A stretch of 64,000 nucleotides of DNA from Nymphaea colorata (GCF_008831285.2 NC_045138.2:10168001-10232000), one strand, 5' to 3'; shown: positions 25,260-39,306, counted from the stretch's first letter. Numbers and translations are program-made. Notes: generated from the sequence alone by a model not told the origin.

Positions 25260-27843
25260 TGTAAGACCCACGATTTTTATTAAGTTTCCTTAAACATTTG
25301 GAACGTTAATTTGAGGATGAATTATCAAATGGAAGATCAAATGATTTATAATGAACATCTCAACTGTCAAGTTTATCATAAATGAGATGTTTTTGGGAAA
25401 AGATAAGGATAATGATGTAACTGCAAAGGGGAAATCATCGTTTTACTTAGCATTAGAAGGGCACGTCCAACAACAGAGAGATTGAGAGAGATTGAGACTG
25501 AAGTTCGTGGCTGCTGGAAAGGAACCAGAAGCAGAAGTTGCTGCCAAGATTTTCAGAGGTATGAGAATATTCAGTGATGAATAGCATGAAGCCATGTACT
25601 TTCTTTTGATTTTGTAGATACATATACATGTACGTCTATGTATGCTTATGTCTGTAGTTCCTTGTGATTTTCAACAAACAAAGCATGCTAGGTGTAAGGC
25701 ATGTTGGTATCGGTTGAACTTTGAAACCTTTATGTGCTTTCATCCGTGAGAAACCAGAACTACAATCAACCCAAAAACAGAGCATGTCTCTCAAACCAAC
25801 TACAGAAGAAACACGGAGAGATAAACATAGTTATACAGGGATAAAACGTAATAACACAATTGCAAAATAAAAAGGAGAGGGCAGCCCTGAACGACATTGA
25901 CAGAGGGCAAGGCCTGCCCTGCTTGTCGTGCAAGTGTAGAATCAACACCTCATATTGAGGGAAATACAGTAGGTTTTATTGAAGAGCACTCGACCGACTG
26001 AAAAGAAAAAAAAAGGGGTTGCCTCTTCATGGTGGTAGCAGAGGCGAGTTGGGGAAAACAAGGACGACGACATTGAAGTTGCAGGCGTCCTCCCGTCGTT
26101 TCTCTATGATTGTCAGTTCATCCCCGTCGCAGCGAAGGTGAAGACTGAGGAAGACGCCATTGAAGCACCGGTTTTTGGGGAGGCTGGTTTCCACACTGTG
26201 GATCCGCTGGAAGAACGAGAGGAGAGGATGAGGCGGCGGCGAATGAGAGCGTCAGACGGTCGACGGAGCCGCAGCAGGAAGCCTAACACTGGATCTGGTG
26301 CGAGACGGGGAGATCTCCCTCGTGCCGGTGTTGGGTCGCTGGAAACGGTGGAATCCCCACCGCTGGTCGAGCGAGAAGAAGACGGAGGACCAGCTCGTAT
26401 GAGAGAGAAAACGAGGCGTGAAATGAGAGAAAAAAAGAGAGTCGGCAGTTTTTATATTAAGTTGGAAAAATTTCAAAACGGGTCCACTAATTAGCAATAA
26501 TTTATGGATAAGCTGTTAAAATTTGTAAATGTTCATGCCGCATCATTTTTGCTAAAAACCTCTTCAAAAAGAGGCTTGCGAAAGTGATTTTCAATAAGAA
26601 CCAGATTTTAATATGAAATTGCGATTTGGTACCCTCCGAATTCTTGAAATTTCCAAAAGAGGGTTGTTACAAATTAAAAACGAAATGATATGTTTTATTA
26701 CTTTTTGATGCTCGTTATGGTGTTTAAAATTTCAGAAATATAGTTCTGAAAGTAACTTTGGAACCATTAGAGGAGGAAAGTCATGCTTTGGAGAATTTAA
26801 ATATAAATTTTATTGTTTCAAAAAAAGATTATGATATTGTTAATCGATGTTTCTAGATGCAATGAGTTTTGCTCTATTGCTATTAAATTAAGATTTAAAA
26901 TAGCTGAATTATTCTGTTTGGGAAACCGAGCCTGAGGGCGGGCGGTTTCTGTGAGAGGTACAAGACGATGTTTAGCATTGGTAAACCCTCACTTTTGAAA
27001 TTCGAAGGCGAAACGTGAACTTTGTGCAATGGTTTATGCAAGTGCGAGCTTTCTGTTTTGCCCAGTGATCGGTTTCGTCCCGGGAGCTAGTGGTGTGTCT
27101 GAGCTCACTGTTGATGCACGCTCCTCTGGCTGTACTGGAGGGCCCACAGGGTATTGGGCGGCACAAGGGCCCGGGGTACTACTGCTGTGTTGGGAGTGAG
27201 ACATCTCCTGGTCCCTCAAACCGGGTTCCTAGAGGGGCCATGCTGCTGCAGCGGCGATCTGGGATATCTCAGGATGCTTCACTTCAGGTACCCTCGATCT
27301 GTTGGATCGCCTGGTGAAGATATGTTCTGTTCTGCCCATGAGTGCCCACGGGGATTTCTGTTGCTCGGCACGATGACCTTGACATTGTCAGAGGACCACG
27401 GTTGGAAGCCTACGAAATTTTGGAGGTTGTCCACACCTCGTTCTGTCTTTGGTGATGTGATATGTGTTAAGTTTCAGAAAACCTATGGTTGTAGTTCATA
27501 AGGTCTTTTTGGAATTGTTTTACGAAACTAAACATTATTTTGGGCCATGTTTCATTCATGGCTGTATTTTCTCATACTCAGAGGAATTCTGACCCTTCTT
27601 TCTATCTACAGGTAGTCATTGATAGATTTTGGCTTTGGAGCGACGACTTCAGTCTTGTGATGGACGGTCATTGGCATTCTGGACACTGCATCGGTTTTGG
27701 GGATTTGTGGTTATTTTTGTCTGGGTCCAAGTATTTTATTATTGAAATAAAACAATGTCTTATGTTCTGGTCATGACTCAATATTGCTTCCGCTATTATA
27801 GAAATGAAAGAAAATTTTTGGTCTCAAAAATTGGGTCGTGACA
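25260..27843 (+). repeat. 3' LTR (2584 bp)
   Basis: Direct repeat of the 5' LTR with about 26 substitutions (counted by eye) and 17 extra bp (cacagggtattgggcgg, ~27145-27161). Confidence 0.97.
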
Positions 27844-29513
27844 GCCATAGTCTTGGCCATTAACTCTATGGAGGGGAACAAACTCATTCCACCGATTTGT
27901 CCAAAATTTGATGTGCGCACCATTGCCCACTTTCCATTCAACCATGTATTTAATCCAATTTCAGCCCTAGCACAATCCTTTCCAATCCTAGGACTGGCTC
28001 GTAGTCTGATTCATGGTCCATTGAATATACGTGTGAAAATATTTCTCTTTAGAGAATTTGGGCCAAGGTGCTTCACTCGCCAGCCTCTTCTCAACCTTAG
28101 TTATAAGTGGCTTGCATTTGTTCACTGTAAGATTCTTCATAAACAGAGAAACTCCAGTATAATCTGAAGGAAGCTTGCCAAGAGGCCATTGAAGGATATT
28201 GCAAGCCTTTCCAATTAGCCAATGGAGTTCTTAGCAATAATTTCCAATTTGTTTTTGTTAACCATCATGCATGCCTACCTTTCAAAATCCTTCAGATTGA
28301 CAAAGAGGGTAGTTTTCTTAGATGTCTTAACAACCACAATTACACCATTAGTAAACAGCATGGTGCATACATTCTGCTTCAATCTTCTAATCTTAGGGGT
28401 CTAAATGTTATTAATCAGCAAATCTCTATAAATGCACCTATTAAGGTTACCTTGGCTGAGGCTTTTTTCCCTTCAAATTTGTCACACAACCTTCCATTAA
28501 CCATCACCTCGTAAGTCACTGAGGAAACACAACTTAAAACTCTTTCAATACATTGAGATGGAAGCCAAGCACCAGCATGCTGTTGTGTACAAAGTGCCAA
28601 GAGACCTATCGTAGGCTTTGGTGAGGTCCAACTTGAGACAATGACCCACTTGATCTAGAAGTCATTGGAGTTAATGATTTCATTAACCCACATTGTGTTG
28701 TCATGAATGTGCCTCCTTTTTTAGGATGTTACCTGTTTATGGTTTATAATTCAGAACATGATGCTACACAACCTATGCACAAAAGCCTTAGCAATAATTT
28801 TGTAAGTAAATGTTACATAAAAAAACAATTGGGTTTCACCCTTCTACTCACTTAGCATTAGCTTTTTTAGGGATCAATAAATTGTGGTGTGGTTAATGCT
28901 CTTAACCATTTTCTCTTTGTTAAAGAAGTCATAGGCAACTTCAATCACATATGACTTCACTGTTGGCCAACATTCTTAATGGAGGTAATTAGGAAATCCA
29001 TCTGGTCCGACTGCAATGTTATTGTCCAAACTCCAAACAACCTTGGAAATCTCTTCATCTGTCAATGGTCTGAGGAGGAGCTCATTCTCCTCATTAGACA
29101 CCTTCTTGCCATTCCCAGCCCTTCAAACATACTCCCTTCCATTGCATCTGTTGCTAGAATCATCTTGAAAGGACCTCTACTTTCACATCATTTCCCTCCA
29201 TAAAAAGGGCATAATTGAGTTGTTGTCGAATGGTAGACTCCTCATCACTGGCTTCAACAAGCCCTTTCTCCACTATATTGCAACAATCAACTAGTCTAGA
29301 CTCTAAAGTAGCAATCTTATCATTCAGCCTGCCAAATGAATTATTATCCTGGACCAACACGACTCCTCTAACCTTGTTAAGCTTAAACAAGAATCATAAC
29401 ATAGGGCAAACCCTAACCTCTTCTCTCTAGGCATTACCCACCACTCCCCTGCCATCTTTTGATATCAGTCAAGGTTAGAAAAGTCTAAAGGCTTTCCTAC
29501 CTTTCCGACCTAG

Positions 29514-32500
29514 TGATGCAGACCTCAGTAAGGGTCGACACTCTTCTAGATCCTTAGCACACATCATTCAGACAAATGCCAGATTTTATTGCAAGAGAGT
29601 GTCCGTGCCATGCATTAGCTCTACCAGGACTAGATGAATTCACCCATGGAGCTCGAGCCAAATCCAAGCAGGTGCACCTAGCTCGAACCACATCGAGCTG
29701 GGTGCACCCCAACTGCATGCCCTGAGCCACATCAATAGCACCCCAACCCATGCACAAACACTTCACCATGGGTTATGCTTGGCACCCAGCTCAACTCGAT
29801 GCCATCACACAAGATAAGCAACATATGGAAGACCCGAGCTTACATGTGGAGACCCCATGCCAGCCACACACCACCACCATGCACCACATAGAAAGTGCAC
29901 CACCTCAGCACCTGAGTTTCACATGAATGCCATGGGGAGGACTCCCACATGCCACACCAGCCCTAGCACCATTCTTCAGCTCACACAAGAGGGTGCCGAC
30001 AACAAAATAGGAAAGCTCCTAAGTTTATGCTGCTCAGATCTAGATCAACCAATGGGAGGGACTCTTTCAAATTTTTTTCCAATCTTGTCAAAAGACACAT
30101 ACTAAAATTCGATTAAAACTTGATTTATGCATTTTTTTTATTCAAGCATTGTACATGATTGCAACTTGGATCAATTCAATAGATGTAGCTTTTGTTTTTT
30201 GTTCTAGCTATATTCTTCTTCTAATCGTCTTCTATGATTTTTGTGTGAAGATTCTCCAAAGTTGTGGCAAGACCGTCAGTTTGATTTGCATTTCACTACT
30301 AAAATCTACCTCTTCACCGTGGTTTTCAAGATTGCGATGAAGGACAGCAGCTACTAGCGACCGTGCATCCAAACTAGATACTCACATCTTCCCCTTTTAT
30401 GTTCGTCGATATGGACCGGTAGATGCTAGTAGTTCCTGGTGCCCATCAGAATGTCCTTGTATAGAAACTACACCCAGACACACAGCTCTTTCATGTAGGA
30501 GGAGATACCGCATTCAACCTTTGGGAACTATGCACTAGACGCATAGATCTTTTGTTGGTGTACAAGATCTAGGCTTCCTTGTGTTTTAACTTCTAGATCT
30601 AGCCATCTAAACGCCTAGACCAGTTTGTTGGTGTAGAAGACAAGTCTCTAGCACAAATAGGCCACCAGGCAAACTAAGGAGTCAATCACTGAAATCCATC
30701 CTAGCGGAAGGTGAGGTTCACGTTTGATATTCCTTGCTTAATTTGTCATTTATTTGATTTCTATTTTGACATTGCTAGATCTACACTCAATCTTTGTTTT
30801 TGGCACCTTACCCAACCAGGGGTCAGATCTAGCTTCAGTCTTCTTATCAGCCCTTGATCTGCTGGCAGTTCTTCCCGAGAGCACTCATAGACCTTGGCAA
30901 GAACAACCTTAAGTCAAGAAATCTTTATTGTGTTTGGCTTGCGGCTAAGTTTAGCACAATCCCTCTCAGCTACATTGTGATCAGTCATGATCCGACAAGG
31001 CCTTGCTGCATCCAGCCCTCGACTAAACCCAACAATCTCTCTCCTATCTAATATAGGCTCAGCCTCGGCCCAACAGCGTGTCGAGCCCATCCCTTGACCT
31101 ACCTATTGGGTTCGGTTAAGACCTGCACCCAGCACGTCTACCTGCTCTCTTAGTCTACCTTTAACTCAAATCGAGCCTTCGGTCATCCGTGGAGCCAGCT
31201 GTGGGGCATGTCCCCCCCTCCAACTGCCTATTGGTTGGTTGTTTACCTTGGCCGTAACAAAGCGCAATTGCTCATTTTGGTTGTAGCCTAGCTGTTGGTG
31301 GAACTCATGCAACCTCACTTTTCACTCGACCATGCTCACTTAGGTTAGAGACCGTGCTCCTTTTAGAGCAGTAGATGCACCCAAGTGGACTAGTTCAAGA
31401 CCTCAACCTCAGGACCAGCCAACCGCTCTAGAGTAATCGGCTACTAAGCCTGGATATCTCTAAACCTACCATCGCGCCTACTTGGCCTAGCTAGGAAGAT
31501 CATTCTATTCATTTGTCTATATCTCTCTCTTCCTCTCATTGATGTGCCTATGCACCGCATGTTTTACACTGCACTATGAGAGATTATCCTTGTACCTGAG
31601 GTGTATTGAGGTTGGGGGATTTGTATTTGGGTTTATTTTGCTCCTGAGTCTTAGTTGGTTGAAAAAATCATATTCTTACACCAGCAACCATGTCAGCACA
31701 TGCAAGAGATCCTAGCATTGTGAGGATGACTTGCAACAAGTGGCATCAAAGATATCTTATATGCTAGCCACCTATGACCCTACAAGTCACATGTATGGAA
31801 CATGTAAAGGTGCATATTGAGAATTTGTCCACTTCCATAGATAGCCCACAACGGACATGGCCATGCAGGTCCAATGGGCCATAGTGCAACTCCAGCACCT
31901 TTTGGATGGTGTATTGAGTGAGATAGCTGCATCCATAGCCGTTACCATTGCTACCCAACCCATGCCGGATGTGGCCACGTAAGTCCAGCAGGCCATAGCA
32001 TCTGTGTTGAGTTCCTACAAACACAATTGACTCCTAAACCTGCTGAATCACCTGTGGCAGCCACAACAAGTCAGCCATAGTACCCGTTCTGAGGAGATTC
32101 CAGCAAAGCTGAGCCCATCACATCAAGTCACTTGTCTACACACTCTCTACCAGCTTCCACTCTACCGCAACAACCACAGTTTGCACTGGCATTATCTTCC
32201 ATGAAGCAACCTACTGCCTAGCCTAGTCGAACATAGGTCCTCTCAGTTAGTGCCACAACAACCTCTACCTCGGCTACCCCCAGGCAAACCACCCTTGCAT
32301 TAGCAGTAGTTCCACCTCTAAAGCTGACCCCAGGCCATCACAGCAAACTATCACTAAACGATTTACACCCATTGGACATGAGCCAACTATAGTTGTATCT
32401 TTTAGCATCCTCCACAATATGCCGATAGGACTTTGATGTTCTTCCACCTGTGTATGAGTAGCTTGCATATCATGTGCCACATCAGCTGTATATAGTTGCA

Positions 32501-33749
32501 CCATAAACTCCACCAGCCACACCTCCACCTCCTCTACATGTATCATATGCTTACACACCCCACACACAGCATGATCACTTTGCACTACACTATGGTTTCC
32601 ATGTTCATAACCAGCATACACTCCAAATGCCACATAATTTGCCTCAGAAATGTATCGGCAAGATGACATGTATGGACATGAGCGCCCACAGAGGCCATAT
32701 CCTCTTTCACCATGATTTGATGTTTTTGATTATGATGGTGAGGTGGCTATAAAAACCTGTGGGAACCGGCCCAAAAACTTGTGTCAAACAGCCCAAGATC
32801 GTTCATATGCATGTAGAGGTTGTCAGCATGATAGCATTCCTTTATTTCTCATGTCAAAATTGAGTTGCTTAAGTTTGATGGAAAGTGATTTCAAATCTAG
32901 TTTTTCAAAGCAAAGCAATGCTTCATTTGTCAGACTATACCACAAGACTAGTACGTGTCCATAGCTACCTTGCATTTTGAATGTGAAGTTGGTCATTGGT
33001 ATAGTTGGTTCTACAACACCACCTTGTACATCAATTGGGACACATTAGCATGGGAGATCACAATCCATTTTGGTGAGTCTTTATTTACAAATTACAATAT
33101 AGAGTTGAGAACCTGAAAATAACCGGCCTTCTACATAAGTATATTGTCAAGTTCAAAGACCTTAGTACCATGGTGTTTCCCTCAGGACCTTAGTACTAAG
33201 TATTTGAAGCCAGCTGCGGGACATGTCCGTTTTTCCAGCTGTGGGACACGTCCCTCACTCCAGTCGCCTACCGACCGGCTGTTTGCCTTGACTGCAGTTG
33301 AGTGCAGCCTCTTTTCTTGGTTGCAGCCTAACTGCATTTGGAACCCAAGCAACCTCTCTTGCATCCGACCAAGGTCAGCTCGGTTAGTGACTGTGCTGCC
33401 CTATAGAGTATTGGAAGCACTCAAGTGGACCAATTTAAGGCCTTGGCCTTGGGACCCACCTACTGCTCTAGAGTATCCAGCTGCTAAGCCTAGTTCTCCC
33501 CAAACCTAGCCACGGTGCCTTCTCAGCTTAGCGGGGAAGGTTGTTCTATTCTTTTGTCTCTATCTCCCTCTCCCTCTTCCTCCCATTGGTTTTTCCATGC
33601 ACTGCATGTCCTACACCTGTACCATGAGTAATTATTCTTGTAATGAGGTGTATTGAGGTTGGGTGACTTGTATTTGGGTTTATTTTGCTTTGGTGTCCTA
33701 TCCAAATGGGAACATCATACTGTTAGGCCTGTGAGGATGACTCACAACA
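29514..33749 (+). mobile_element. Older non-autonomous LTR element (4236 bp) inserted in the LINE
   Basis: Starts TG (tgatgcag) and ends CA (cacaaca), with TSD cctag at 29509-29513 and 33750-33754. A diverged direct repeat (~31190-31738 vs ~33205-33749) ends gtgaggatgac..caaca in both copies. A degenerate PBS tggcatcaaaga lies at 31741. No pol was recognised. Confidence 0.8.
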
Positions 33750-36267
33750 CCTAGATTCCCTTGAATGGTTCATCAAGGTGCATTGATCATAACTTGCAAG
33801 AATGAGAAGCTTCAAGCTGCCAACATCTCTAAGCCCTTCCAACCAATCATTATTATTGAGGCACCAATCAAACTTGCATTGCACTACACTCAACCACTTC
33901 CTATGATTCAACCATGAATAGAGCATACTACTATCTTCTATATCCTTTAGCCTACACATAAATATGAAACAACTAAAGGGAATACATGGGCATGCTTGTG
34001 GTGCAAGTACACCTTTTTTCCAACTACCCTTGAGTAGCATTGAAATCACTCATGAGCATAATTGGGCCTTCAATCCTCAAAACCAAGGTTTCTAGTTTCC
34101 CCAAATCTTGGAGGCATATACACACCGAATACTGCAAACATCATATTGTCAGCCATTCTTCTGAAGGAAATTCCCACCTGATGTGGAGCTCTAACCACAC
34201 TAAATGCCTCTTCCTCTTCCTTCCAGCAACATAGATCCTTGATAACTCATTTTGACAATTCCTCATTAGCCACAAACTTATACTTCTTGAACCTATCCAT
34301 AACTATTATGGCCTTCTGAAAAATAATCATGGGGTCCAGAATGAACCCAATTGGGTGGGCAGTGTTTGTGGAAAAAGAAATTAATTTCCTACTGAGCTGA
34401 CTTCTAGGCAATGCCTTTACAGTTCCAAATAAACATTTTCATGGCTGGACATTATGAAACTCTCCCACTACCCAGTCTCCTCCCCATCAAGGTTCTTATC
34501 ATTCTTCTTTCCCCTAATCTTTGTGCCAGAGTTCTGCTCAATAAGTGTATGAGTGTCACTCTCACTTCCCATTTTCCTCTTTTTAGAGGCCTAGCATCTA
34601 TACAGAATGTCCTCAAGATTAATGATTGTTAATAGCAGGCGACCAGACTTTCCCTTACTAACATACCTCTCTAATATTCTTACCTACACCTTACCAAGAT
34701 GATCACTTAGAGGAGTAGCATTTTAAAATCATCACAACTAGATCCCTTTAGGTCTGATGTGCTCAGTCCAATTTCCCCTGTAAATGGTCCTCATCCAGAG
34801 GATGCCTTGAAAATGAATCCCTGTGGGAATTCTTGATCACAAGGAGGCCCTGCATCCTTGTCCCCCATCGTCGCAAAACTATTTTCGTTGTTACAGATGC
34901 TAGGAGCACTTTGATTGCCCTCCTTCTACTAGAAATTATATTTTCTTCCCTCCCCTTGATACTTTCTTCTTCACTAGCTTGAATTTATGGTCACTCTCTT
35001 TGTTGTCACTCTCCTTCATACTAGCTAATACCTGACTTAAAAGTCATCCCCCAACTGAAAATGAGGAAGGGCGAGGAATGCCACTAGCCCCATTCTTTAT
35101 AGTGGCATGATTTTCTATGCTATTTTGCATCACTCCAAACCAGTTTGCATGCCCCATAGAGTCCCTTATCCTGCTCCTTGGATGGCTTCCTCTACCTTTC
35201 ATAACAATGTTTCCCTTATATAGGCATTAACGTCCTTGGCATTGCTGACAGCCTTGACTCTGATCTTGCATGCTTCCTCATAATGAGATGTAGTGCCACA
35301 AGAGGTATAGTATCTCATTTTGGATTTGTAGAGAACATTTTGGACCCTTGGCACCTCTCTTGAAGCTAAGCAAAACCTATATATACATTCGCTCAACCCC
35401 AAACTTTTCCATCTGCATCGTGCAACCATTTGCTCTTACAAAGGAACCACCCAGCCCTCTAACTATAGCTTTGAAGCTATTGACATTTCAAAATATCATG
35501 CGAAGATTGGAAATTGAGTCCATAGATGGGCAAACTCTTTCATATCGATATGCATCTCAATCCCTAGTTTATAGAGGCTTGCAATAAGGAATCTCCCCCC
35601 AACAACCCATGACTGACGCCTTAGAACTTCCGTCGGTTCCTCCAATAAGTTAACTATCGCAAGAAATCACACATTCCCAGTGATAAAAAATTTTGGACAA
35701 ACAATATTAACCCACAACTTCCACAAGATTTGAAAAACATGCCTATAGTCCATGCCATTGTTCGATCTTCTGCCATTGAAGCTTGCAACCGCTGCAAAAT
35801 GAAATCTCTCCTCCATTTTTTGGTATGTGTCAACAGGGAAATCTTTGTTTTACACCATCACGCTTGACACTCACCTCTGGGCATCCATGAAGATTAGATT
35901 CATTGGTCCCAGCAAACAATTGTAGCCCAAATATGATCAAGCCCTCTATTCTCCTGCTATCAGGTTGAATTTAGCCATTTGAACATTCCATGCCCTTCCT
36001 TCCAAACTCCTGCATACTGACCTAGAAATTTCCACCCAAGGATCCTTGATCCTTTCCATTTATCCGCTTTGGCCTCTACAGATCCCAAAATGTTGCCTGA
36101 TCATCCAAACCCATTGTTACCTCCATCCCCCAGGCAATTGCTATGGGGGCATTGATATTGGGAATCCCAGCCAAGGTGATGCCTTACCAAGAGCTTCTTT
36201 CTTTATCACTTGGTCTTCTTACATAAAGAGTATTTAAAAACCTTAAAATCACATATAAGGAAGAAAG

Positions 36268-36803
36268 GAAGGAAAAGGTTATTGACAACTCAGAGTAGAC
36301 AAAAGTGTTATGTTGATATTTTGTGTAGAAAGTTGGCTTTTGAGGTTGGTGACCACATTTTTAAAAATTTTGCCTAGTAAAAGTGTTTTCTGATTCGGTA
36401 TTAAGAGAAAATTGAGCATGAAGTATGTTGGACCTTTTAAAATGTTGAAAAATTAGAGAGATTACATATAGACTGGCACTACCAACAGAGTTGAGTCACA
36501 TTTACAATGTTTTTCATGTTGCCAAAAGTATGTGCAAGAACCTACACATGTGATTGATTTCAAGGGTATTTAGGTACCAAATGATTTGACAGTGGAAAAA
36601 CAACATATTAGAACTATGGACTAAAAAAAATAAGTACTTAACACCAAGCATATTCCTCAAGCAAAGCAAGAATGGTAGCACCATGAGTTAAAGGAATGCA
36701 TGGGGGAGGTTGAGGACGACATGTGGAAGAAGTGCCCACACTTCTTCTCACATTGAGGTAGGTTCGAAATTTTGCAAAAAAAACTTAAATTAAGGGGGTA
36801 GAA
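36268..36803 (+). mobile_element. Old Tekay-like element, right part (integrase C-terminus, chromodomain, PPT)
   Basis: RKRLLTTQSRQKCYVD, FEVGDH, FGIKRKLSMKYVGPFKML, VFHVA, and a chromodomain-like HELKECMGEVEDDMWKKCPHFF. PPT aagggggtagaa is followed by an LTR start tgtaaca at 36804. Confidence 0.85.
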
Positions 36804-37520
36804 TGTAACAACAATGATTTTCATTGCAGGTGCACAGATTTGGGTCAAGGTCCAAACCAAGACTCGAAGAACCTGCTTGTTCTAAGAGGAGCCCAATTGC
36901 TTGAGCACTTCTCTTGGCATCACAAGTGCAATGAATAAGCAATAAAAAAACAAACAGAGGAAGCAGCGGAGGCAGAAGAGTCGAGGACAGAGAAGAAGAA
37001 GAGGAGGTGGAGGCACCGGAGGATGAACAGGAGATAGCAGCAAAGGGAGAATGAGCTAGCGGAAGAGAAGGGGGGAGGTAATCTCTCTCTCGCAGTTGAA
37101 CTCTCCTCTTCTCTCTCTCTATGTCTCTCATTCTTTGCTTCATTTTATCTCCTATTCTCTCCCCCTCACCCGAACTTTCTCCCTCCCACGCTCCCACTAG
37201 CTCCTCTTTCTGACCCTCTCTCAAATATGTCACTCTCACGCTCTCACTCTCCTTTTCTCACTCTCACTCACTCCTTCATGAACCGTCATGCTCATTTGAC
37301 CTCCCACTCTCACCCTCACATTCCCTCTTTCTCTATTTTTCTCACTCTCATTCTCTATTGGTTCCATTTTTGGGATTTGAGAGGTTGAGAACTATGATTT
37401 TCTCACTTTTCCAGTAAGTAGAGAAGTTGGAGACGATGATAGCAAACCATTCTTGGCAATTAATGGCTGGAGGGGCATTTGGATTGACTATTCTGGACTC
37501 CTACAACAGGTAGAACTCTA
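36804..37520 (+). repeat. Probable start of the 3' LTR of the old Tekay-like element (extent uncertain)
   Basis: TG start directly after the PPT, followed by a CT-rich leader-like tract. The matching part of the 5' LTR and the far end were not identified. Confidence 0.45.
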
Positions 37521-39096
37521 CATGACCAGTGATTGAGGCCTACCAAGTCTATTTGTTTGGATGTCTTCCCTAATGTTCACTCCCTACCATGTCTTCGAGG
37601 GCATCAATGCGAATCAGCAAGAATTTCAAATTGGGTTTTGAAGAAAAATTTCAAGAAAAAAAAGATCTTCCCATCGATACAAGGTCTAACCATTCATGCC
37701 GCCTTTAATAGAGGTAATCAGACCAAAGGCTAAGCATTTCTCGGATCATGGACAAGTCATTTGACACAATCCTATATGCTTGTCCATATAAGGTTAAAAT
37801 TGAAATTAGAAATTCACTTTGAATTTGGTTTTGAACAAGCAATTTCTAAGCTTGTTTTAGGCAAATTGAAAAATGAAATTTTGAGCAAGTTTTTTGAAAA
37901 ATTAACTTGTTTAGACAAGTTATTTGAATCCAATTCTTCATTACAAATTTGGGCAAAATTGTAAAATCTTCAAAATTTATACCATTATTTTGGTCAAAAA
38001 TGTGTCATTTGAATTTGATTTCAAAATTTTGCAAGAATTTCGAAAATTGATTTAGGTCATGGTTTCGACCCAAGATTTTGGAATTTGCTTGATAATTTGA
38101 GAAATTGATTTGGAAAATTTGATAGATAATTGGGAATTTGGCTTGAAAAAACGGAGATTTTGGTGATTGAGATATCTTTTCTTGTTATGAGCTCAAGATC
38201 ATTTCATGATTTTGGATTGAAAATGAGATCAAGTTGTGATCAAATTTTTAAGAAAAATGGCTAAGTTGACTTAGCAAATGGACCAAATTTTGGACAAAGT
38301 GACTAAACTTTCTTGGACAAAGTGACTAAACTTTCTTAGCAAATGATTGATTTTGAAATCCCTTTTTGCCAAATCATATAATTAGGTTTAAAAGATATGA
38401 ACCTGATTTCAAATGAGTTATTTTTTAGAGAAGAGTTGGGAGTAAGTAAAACTCACTTTTTTTTTAATATTCCAAAATGCTAAAAAACATGTTATTTTTT
38501 AATATATTTTGGCAAAATTAGGATATTATGCTATTTGTGCCCTCTTTTGAAACTAAGTGAGATTTCTAAGTTTTTCTTGCAATATCAGTTGGTCATTTTT
38601 TGCAACTTGAAATAGGATCACTTAATTTCTAGAGAATGTATATGTGGTGCAGTTGATTTTCATGAATGTGAATGCATGAAAGAAGGTAAACTATATGAGA
38701 CATTCATTCTTCTCTCTCTCCTAATTTCTCGACACTTATTCAATATAAGCATGCATTATATAATCCAGACACACAAAGATTGATTTTCAATTGAAATGTA
38801 TGACTTTGTTTATATATATTTAACATTTTAGTAAGCATAAGAGTTAACAAGAAAAATATGTTCAAAGGAATGGAAAAATAAAGACCTAATCAAAAGAGAC
38901 ATATGGAGAAAGAGATTTTGAAGATCACTAAATGAGAGATTTTAAAAGAGGAGGAGATACATATCTTTGTTTGTGTTTTATATGTACATACATACATGAA
39001 TATATGAATATGTGTATATATGTATACACGTATGTATATGAAAACTTTGAAAAATGAAGGGTTAACTTAAATAGCAAGGAAAGAGAAGTTCTTGAA

Positions 39097-39137
<41 letters not shown>

Positions 39138-39274
39138 TAGAGATGCACATATACGTGTACATATTATCACACATACACGTATATGAAAGTTTATAAAAAA
39201 ATGGTATTGATTAGAAGAGAAAGAGAGATTTTAGAGGAAAAGAAATAGAGGAATATATATATATATAAATATAA

Positions 39275-39306
<32 letters not shown>

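Larger units (their letters stand above)
20636..27843 (+). mobile_element. Young non-autonomous Ty3/gypsy chromovirus (Tekay/Del-like) LTR retrotransposon with intact ends, 7208 bp
   Basis: Two TG..CA LTRs are about 99% identical. The 5-bp TSD gccat lies at 20631-20635 and 27844-27848. PBS and PPT are present. The 2057-bp internal region holds gag, a broken protease and only the GPF/chromodomain tail of integrase. Confidence 0.97.
19349..36260 (-). mobile_element. Near-full-length degenerate L1-clade LINE in three pieces (19349-20635, 27849-29513, 33755-~36260)
   Basis: Minus-strand order: ORF1 zinc knuckle YTSCGTTSHYEEAC (~35270-35310); endonuclease end YSWLNHRK..KFDWCLNNNDW..SYDQCTL (33770-33930); KPFRL (~29480); RT motifs AVGPDGFP (~29000), YKIIAKAFVHR (~28790), RHIHDN (~28700), LKLDLTKAYDR (~28620) and SSVTYEVMVNG (~28510); RNase H-like GFKLKLEGNGGVGAVL (~20100-20145). 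Confidence 0.85.

Noticed and set aside
36790..37239. 149-aa minus-strand ORF and similar microsatellite-driven ORFs (4996, 38928, 39191)
   Set aside because: These are low-complexity translations of CT/GA/AT repeats.
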